A stretch of DNA of 20,000 nt from Paramecium tetraurelia. Taxonomy: Eukaryota. Below the pieces are notes generated by a model. The model saw only the letters and a program-made list of their open reading frames with translations, made no database searches and was not told where the DNA came from. A program made the position numbers and the translations under genes. Numbering within the stretch: the first letter of the stretch is position 1; every line of letters begins with the position of its first letter. Positions 12,860-20,000 of this stretch are shown piece after piece. The stretch lies in the NCBI GenBank assembly GCA_000165425.1, contig CT868061.1:171158-191157 (forward strand), in the 5' to 3' direction.

Positions 12860-13374
12860 ATAATAAACTTTTAATTTAATTATTTTTACATTTAATAATG
12901 CAAAATATTATTAAAGATAACATTTTCAACTAATGAAATCAAATAACGCCTAAAAATTTGATTTTAATTAATAGATAAAAGAAAACGCTTATTAACAAAT
13001 TAGTTACTTCAAATCATAATAAGAAGTTAATTTCGGAAAAATTAATCTTTAGAAACTAGCTTAGAAGAAACAGTTTTCTCTCCCTCCTTATTAGTTTTTA
13101 AATTCTAGAAAGCTTTTTCAATAACAGAGTGAAGTGTTATTTAATATTATTTTACTTTTGTTTTTTAATTTCTATAATAATTTGAAATGCATATCATAAA
13201 ATAATTCAATATTTGAAAGAAAGAAAGAAAGAAAAAAAAAGTAAAATGAAATTTTAAACATGAGGTTAGGATTATTTAACCTTGTTCCATGTTGAATTTA
13301 TTTTTAACAATGTTAAATAACAATGTAAATAGAATAATGGTGTGAAATAGTTAATTTTAATATTTGCCAATAAA

Positions 13375-16300
13375 TCAACTACTTTTATGATTGAATGATT
13401 TGTAATTAGAATTCTGAAGAAATTATTTTAGAATTTCATATTTATCCTGCTTTGAATTTTCGTTCTGATTATATACGGTTGTTTATTCTAAAAAAGATAT
13501 GAGTAAAACTACCCTTATGCATATGATAATTTTTATTTTCAGGATTTTTCTATATTGCAATATCATATTATGCTTATGCTTCAGTAATACGATTTAATTT
13601 GATTAGCGTATTTGCTATTTCAAATATATTAATACCTTTATAAAAATATAGATCAGAACAACTAGGATTTATTAAAATTGCCTAATCATAATATTTTAAA
13701 GCTTCTTCCAAAAGATCCATTTAGTGTAATGTAAATGCTAATCAAGTATTCCTTTTTTATTTACCTTTATTAAAATAAAATTGATAGCACTCAGGATATT
13801 TCTAAATAGCTATATCAAAACTTTCTAATGATTGTTCAAAAAGTTTCATTTTAGCTAGAGCAATTGCTAATAAATATGAAATTGATTATGCCTTTATTGT
13901 TGTAAAATTTTGCATTATTTGAATCCCTTTAAATAGCAAGATCAAAAAATTCTAATGCTTCTTAAAACCTTTGCATTTCTATTAAAGTAGTAGCTTTTTA
14001 TGAATTTAGGTTAAACGTACCTTTATTTTCATAATATTCTGAATTTTCAGGATTCTTCTTTATAGCTAAATCATAAAATTTTAATGCTTCCTCATTTCGA
14101 TTCTGTTTGGATAAAGTATTAGCTATTCTTAAATAAATAAAATAACCTTTATTATGATAGTACTCTGGATTTTCAGGATTTTTCTATATGGCTAAGTCAT
14201 AATATTATAAAGCTTCTTTAATTTTATTTTAATAGACTAAAACATTTGCTATTAGATTATATATTAGATTATACCCTTATTATGATAAAGCTCTGAGAAT
14301 TCAGCATCAATACCTATGGCTAAATCAAACTATTATAAGGCTTCTTAATATTAATCTAATTTGCTTAGCGCAATTCCTTTTTGATAATATATTTGGCAAT
14401 ACCTTTTTTGTTATAAAAGTCAGCATTTTTTTAGTTTCTCTCAATTGCATAATTATAATATTTTAATGCTTCATTTAAAGAATTCATATCTTCTAAAGTC
14501 ATAGCTATCAATAAATATCAAATATTTACCTTTATTATAATAAAATGTAGCATTTTCTGGATATCTCTAAATCGCATAATTATAATACTCCAAAGCCTCT
14601 TCAAAACGATGCAATTTAATTAAAGTATTTGCTGCAAAAATATATTACATATATGACAAAACCTTTCTGATTATAAAATAATGGATTTTCTGGGTTTTTT
14701 TAAATAGCAATTTCAATTTATTCTAAGGCTTCTGAAAAACGTTACAATTTTTTTAAAACAATAGCTATTATTATTACTATATATAAACATTTATTATAGT
14801 AATTTTCTGGACTTTGAGTATTTATTTTAATAGCATAATCATAATATTCTAATGCTTCTTAATACCGATTCAATTTAAAATTAAAGCACTTGCTTACATA
14901 TGTATATTTATTTTTTAATACCTTTGTTACTGAAAAATTCCGAATTTTCTGGGGCTTTTTTTATCGCTTTTTCAAAATATATTATTGCCTCATCAATTCT
15001 ATTTAGATCTTCTAGAGCAAAAGCTATTAAATAATATATAAATATAATTGATGCCTTTTTCGTTATAATGATCAGGATTATCAGAGTTAATTTAAATAGC
15101 AATATCAATCTATTCCAAAGCTTCTTCTTAACGGTTCAAGGCGATTAAAGTAATTGCTTTTAAATAATTTTGAGTGACAATTTATACCTTTCTATGAATA
15201 ATAATCAGACATTGTAGGATTTTTTGAAATAGCTAAATCACAATTCTGTAATGTTTCTTCAAACCGATTCAATTTAAATAAAGCCATAGCTGCTCATTAA
15301 GTCTTTCATTTTACCTTTACAATAATATAAATCGGGATGTTAAGGATTTATTTTGATAGCTAAATCAAAATGCTCTAATGCTTTTTCAAGTTGGTTTAAA
15401 TGGGCTAAATACTTGCTATACAATTTTCAACTTTTTTTACCTTTAATGTAATAATGGTCATAAAATTCAGGGTTTTTTTAAATAGAATAATCACAATTTT
15501 CTAATGCCTCTTCATAACGGTTCATTTGACATAAAGTGAAAGCTAAAATATTGTTTTTCATTACCTTTGTAATAATACTACTCCGAGTTTTCAGGATTTT
15601 TTTCAATTCCTTAATCATAATATTCTAATGCTTCTTAATAACGATTCAATAAATGTAATGCAAATCCTATTCAATTATATTTTGATTCTTACCTTTTTAT
15701 CTATAATTATCACCATTTTATGGATTTTTTTAAATAGCGCATTCAGACTGTTCTAATGATTCCTCAAACCTATTCATTTTTTGTAAAGTGTTTGCTACCG
15801 AATTTATAGCTTATTACCTTAAACTTTAAAATATATTTCTTTCTCTGGATTTCTCTAAATAGCAGCAACCACATTTTTTAATGCCTATTCATACTCTTTG
15901 CATTCAAATAAAGTATTTGCTTATTAATTTATAACTGTTATACCTTTATTATTATAATATTCTGAATTTTCGGGATCAATTGAAAGAGCTTTGTCATAAT
16001 GATTTTATGCTTCTTCAAATCTTTTTAATTAGGCTAAGGTGTTTGCTGTAGAAGAATGACTGAATCAATTCATACCTTTATTGTTATAATAATCCGCATA
16101 TTTTGGATTTATTTTTATTGCTTAATCATAACATTTTAATGCTTCGTCTAAACGATTCAATTCATGTAGAACACTTGCTGTTCAATAATAATGGATTTAT
16201 TATACCTTTATTATTGTAATAATCTGCATTATTATGATCTTTCGAAATTGCCAAATCATAATATTCTAATGCCTCCCATAGACGACTCATTTCATGTAGA

Positions 16301-17269
16301 GTAATTGCTTATGCTTTATGATTTTTTTATACCTTTGTTATAATAGTATCCAGCATTTTACGGATTTTTTTTTATAGCATAATCAAAAAATGTTAACGCC
16401 TCATGAGGCCTATCTAAGTCAATTAATGTGTTTGCTTAAATTAAAAAATTGTAATTTCACCTTTGTTGTTGTAATAATCTGGATTTTCAGGATCTTTTTG
16501 GATAGCATAATTGTTATATTTTAGTGCTTCATGAAAACGATTTACTTTTTTTAAGGCAATTGCTACATAATATGTTATCTTAATTTATACATTTTTCATT
16601 GTAATAAGTTGAGTTAGTAGGATCTCTCTGAATGGCTTTATCATAATATTGTAATGCTTCTTCAAATCGATTAGAATCAAATAAAATGTTAGCTTTTAAT
16701 TATAAATTTAATTAAACCTTTATTGTAATAATAATCTGGAGGATGAAGATCATTCTTACTTGCATCAGCATTTTTACTCTATTATACTGCCTTCACTTGA
16801 TTAATTTAGGCTGATTATTTTTAAGTGATATTTTGCACTATCTAATTTGTTTATAATTCGTTGATTGTATTTAAACTCAGTTAATTTAATACATTCAATT
16901 AACTCTACTTTTTCTATTTATCATTAAGATTCTTTAATTCCTCTAATTTTTATTTTCCATTTGTAGTTTATTAAATTTTACCCAGTTCTAGTTAGATAAA
17001 CTTTAATCAATTTACAAATCAACTTCCTCAACTTATTAATATTTGTGCAAATTTTTCTCTTTGTGAAAATTTGAATCCCTGTTTGCTTGTATACCTTTTA
17101 TTGTAATGAAAATGCTCCCATATCTATATATTAGAATAGTATTAAACCTTTCATTATCTATTATATAGGTATTTCTTTAAACATATGATATGTCCTAATT
17201 AAATTAAGATTGGTTATGGAGAATTTAAATAATTAAGTTTTCTAATATCCATTTGCATTCAGCTTGCAT
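13375..17269 (-). CDS. Large TPR-repeat protein: Q/K/N-rich N-terminus plus 25 one-exon TPR units; apparent frameshifts (assembly error or pseudogene)
   Basis: Repeat consensus A-N-T-L-x-x-L-N-R-F-E-E-A-L-E-Y-Y-D-x-A-I-x-K-N-P-E-N-x-D-Y-Y-x-N-K, e.g. ANILFDSNRFEEALQYYDKAIQRDPTNSTYYNEK. The last exon reads EQTTVYNQNENSKQDKYEILKQFLQNSNYKSFNHKSS*. The start codon is uncertain. Confidence 0.9.
13488..16717 (-). repeat. Tandem array of 25 TPR exons (102 nt) separated by 21-31 nt phase-1 introns (period ~128 nt)
   Basis: Recurrent AAAG|GT donors and ag|C(A/T) acceptors. Exon boundaries were counted by hand, e.g. 16591-16692, 16461-16562, 16333-16434 ... 13636-13737, 13513-13614. Confidence 0.93.
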
Positions 17270-17383
17270 TATAAATCTTTTTAAATCAATTATATCATTT
17301 TTTTTATTATAATTATAATATTTTAAATAGGCAATATTGTAATGTGATCATTTTTTGTATCTTTTCTCATAATTCTAGGTGAT

Positions 17384-18339
17384 NNNNNNNNNNNNNNNNN
17401 NNNNNNNNNNNNNNNNNNNNNNNNNNNNNNNNNNNNNNNNNNNNNNNNNNNNNNNNNNNNNNNNNNNNNNNNNNNNNNNNNNNNNNNNNNNNNNNNNNNN
17501 NNNNNNNNNNNNNNNNNNNNNNNNNNNNNNNNNNNNNNNNNNNNNNNNNNNNNNNNNNNNNNNNNNNNNNNNNNNNNNNNNNNNNNNNNNNNNNNNNNNN
17601 NNNNNNNNNNNNNNNNNNNNNNNNNNNNNNNNNNNNNNNNNNNNNNNNNNNNNNNNNNNNNNNNNNNNNNNNNNNNNNNNNNNNNNNNNNNNNNNNNNNN
17701 NNNNNNNNNNNNNNNNNNNNNNNNNNNNNNNNNNNNNNNNNNNNNNNNNNNNNNNNNNNNNNNNNNNNNNNNNNNNNNNNNNNNNNNNNNNNNNNNNNNN
17801 NNNNNNNNNNNNNNNNNNNNNNNNNNNNNNNNNNNNNNNNNNNNNNNNNNNNNNNNNNNNNNNNNNNNNNNNNNNNNNNNNNNNNNNNNNNNNNNNNNNN
17901 NNNNNNNNNNNNNNNNNNNNNNNNNNNNNNNNNNNNNNNNNNNNNNNNNNNNNNNNNNNNNNNNNNNNNNNNNNNNNNNNNNNNNNNNNNNNNNNNNNNN
18001 NNNNNNNNNNNNNNNNNNNNNNNNNNNNNNNNNNNNNNNNNNNNNNNNNNNNNNNNNNNNNNNNNNNNNNNNNNNNNNNNNNNNNNNNNNNNNNNNNNNN
18101 NNNNNNNNNNNNNNNNNNNNNNNNNNNNNNNNNNNNNNNNNNNNNNNNNNNNNNNNNNNNNNNNNNNNNNNNNNNNNNNNNNNNNNNNNNNNNNNNNNNN
18201 NNNNNNNNNNNNNNNNNNNNNNNNNNNNNNNNNNNNNNNNNNNNNNNNNNNNNNNNNNNNNNNNNNNNNNNNNNNNNNNNNNNNNNNNNNNNNNNNNNNN
18301 NNNNNNNNNNNNNNNNNNNNNNNNNNNNNNNNNNNNNNN
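17384..18339. other. Assembly gap (956 N)
   Basis: Run of N. Confidence 1.
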
Positions 18340-18931
18340 AATAATAGGCTCGCAAGGATAGATCGATTTTTGGGATAACGTTAGTTGTTGGAAATGTATT
18401 TAAACTCTGATTTGCCATAACATGGCTCCTATTTATAGCTTAAGTTTAAATCAATCTGAAACTTTATTAATCTCATGTGCATTTGACTGTTCTATCAACA
18501 TTTCTGCCAAATAGGGTTAATAATGGATTGTCAAATAAATAATCAATATTGATATTCATGGATTGAGTTTACTTTTTATCGATGATGGCTATTTTGTTTT
18601 TCAATCTATAGAGTTAAAAATTTTAGTATATTAATATAAGAGTGAGTAGGACATTTTTGTTTAAATTAAGGACATGGCTATTTAGGGAAAAGAAAATCAT
18701 TTGGATGCCTCAAAATTTGAATATAATGCCGAAAAAGATATCATACTTAAAAAAAATGGATAATTTCTCAATCTAATTAGTGGTTATAAAGAGACCTAAT
18801 AATTAAGTTAATCTTCGCTTTAGTTTTCAAGTAATCGAATATCCTGCGCACTTAGTAAAACTGCCGATTATCTCGTAGTATTTAACGCCTAAGAACATTA
18901 ATTTATTATATATATATTAAAGCAATTTTGA
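18340..18931 (+). CDS. WD40-repeat protein, 3' part (5' part lies in the gap)
   Basis: Ciliate-code ORF IIGSQGQIDFWDNVSCWKCIQTLICHNMAPIYSLSLNQSETLLISCAFDCSINISAKQGQQWIVKQIINIDIHGLSLLFIDDGYFVFQS...SKTADYLVVFN...LKQF*. Shows the WD40 H-x-x-x-I-Y-S-L-S-L-N...LISC-x-x-D pattern. Confidence 0.82.
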
Positions 18932-20000
18932 AATGCAACTATTTGTTTAGTATTTTATTGTACAAATTTAAATGATACAAAGCGCATTCTTCAATCCAAA
19001 CTTAATATAAATCAAAATATTAAATTAAATTTATGAATAACAATATAAAAGCATTTTTTGCATTCGCATGCATATATATGAAGAGATTAACAAATCTAAT
19101 ATAAACGAATGTAAAATAAAATGTATTTCAAAAAAATTTGATTTTCATCTAAAGAACTATAATTTCATAAATGTATTAATTAAAAATATACCAAAGTGAG
19201 TAAAACAAAATTTGAAATTCTTTTTTTTAACAATAATATTATGCAAATTAAAATAAATACTTGATCCATAGATTATTACCACCATCTAAAACAAAAAATT
19301 CATGAACATCCAAATGGTAACTAATATAATTGAGGAATGAATGTTTTTATTCACTAAAACAATTTGCTCAAAATAGTACTAAATTAAAAGTTTTTGATAA
19401 TTATATCGCATAATAATAATTAATAAAATTTGATTAAATTTTTAATGAATAAATATTAATATGAATTATATTCTTTAAAATGATAGTTACCAATGGTTAC
19501 TTTATGAAGACTAAATTTTTAATAAACTTTGGCAAAATTATAAAGAGGGGTATTTGAGAAAAATCTTAATTGATTAACTTGTCTTAAATCTAACACTACG
19601 TTGGAAAATAAAATAATGTCATATATAACATTACTTTAAATGAGTGAGTGCATTAAATGAATCTGAAATATATCTTATATATAAAAGATTCTATGATCTC
19701 CATTATGATTGTTTGAAATAGATCACTTGAGTGTTTAATAAATATTTAGACAATATTTAAATCAAGAAACATGAGAGCGTAAAATTAGAATATCTTGAAG
19801 AAGATTTCATTGATCTTAATATTTGTAGCTAATGTCGCCTAAAGCTCCTGGTGGATAATTTTAGCAACGATTGTCATATCGCCAATTAATTATGAACTTC
19901 TCATATTATAGATACTATGCCTATCAACTAGGATCTGTTAGTATATATAAATTCAAAGAAGTTTAGGACTTAATTTATATCTAGCCGCCACGACCTACCG

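Noticed and set aside
13215..13240. (GAAA)n/poly-A tract
   Set aside because: An ordinary short low-complexity microsatellite in AT-rich intergenic DNA.
13615..16075. 3n-length introns in the TPR array (7 of 26; 5 lack an in-frame TGA)
   Set aside because: The proportion is below the random expectation of one third, so there is no evidence of selection for in-frame retention.
13488..16717. ~128-nt periodicity resembling a CRISPR array or satellite
   Set aside because: The units are degenerate protein-coding TPR exons with splice sites. There are no identical direct repeats and no cas genes, and the genome is eukaryotic.
17375..18418. 347-aa and 321-aa ORFs in the ORF track
   Set aside because: Artefacts of translating the N gap.

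Overview
AT-rich, gene-dense ciliate macronuclear DNA, almost certainly Paramecium. TAA/TAG read as Gln, TGA is the only stop, and introns are 21-31 nt, so the supplied standard-code ORF track is mostly fragments or artefacts. Bases 1-12.9 kb hold tightly packed genes: a centrin-like EF-hand protein, a DHHC palmitoyltransferase, a Rab GTPase, a RING-H2 protein, a small coiled-coil protein, CWF19L2, an ERK7/MAPK15-like kinase, two hypotheticals, a choline-transporter-like (SLC44) protein and a long coiled-coil protein. The standout is a minus-strand gene (13375-17269) with 25 consecutive exons that each encode one 34-aa TPR unit. 23 are exactly 102 nt, and all 26 flanking tiny introns are phase 1 (two are GC-AG). 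This modular, shuffle-compatible architecture recalls the exon-array LRR/TPR families of Tetrahymena and brown algae. A 956-nt N gap follows, then the 3' part of a WD40 gene and a gene-poor tail. Several 1-2 nt frame disruptions in short homopolymers suggest assembly errors or decay.
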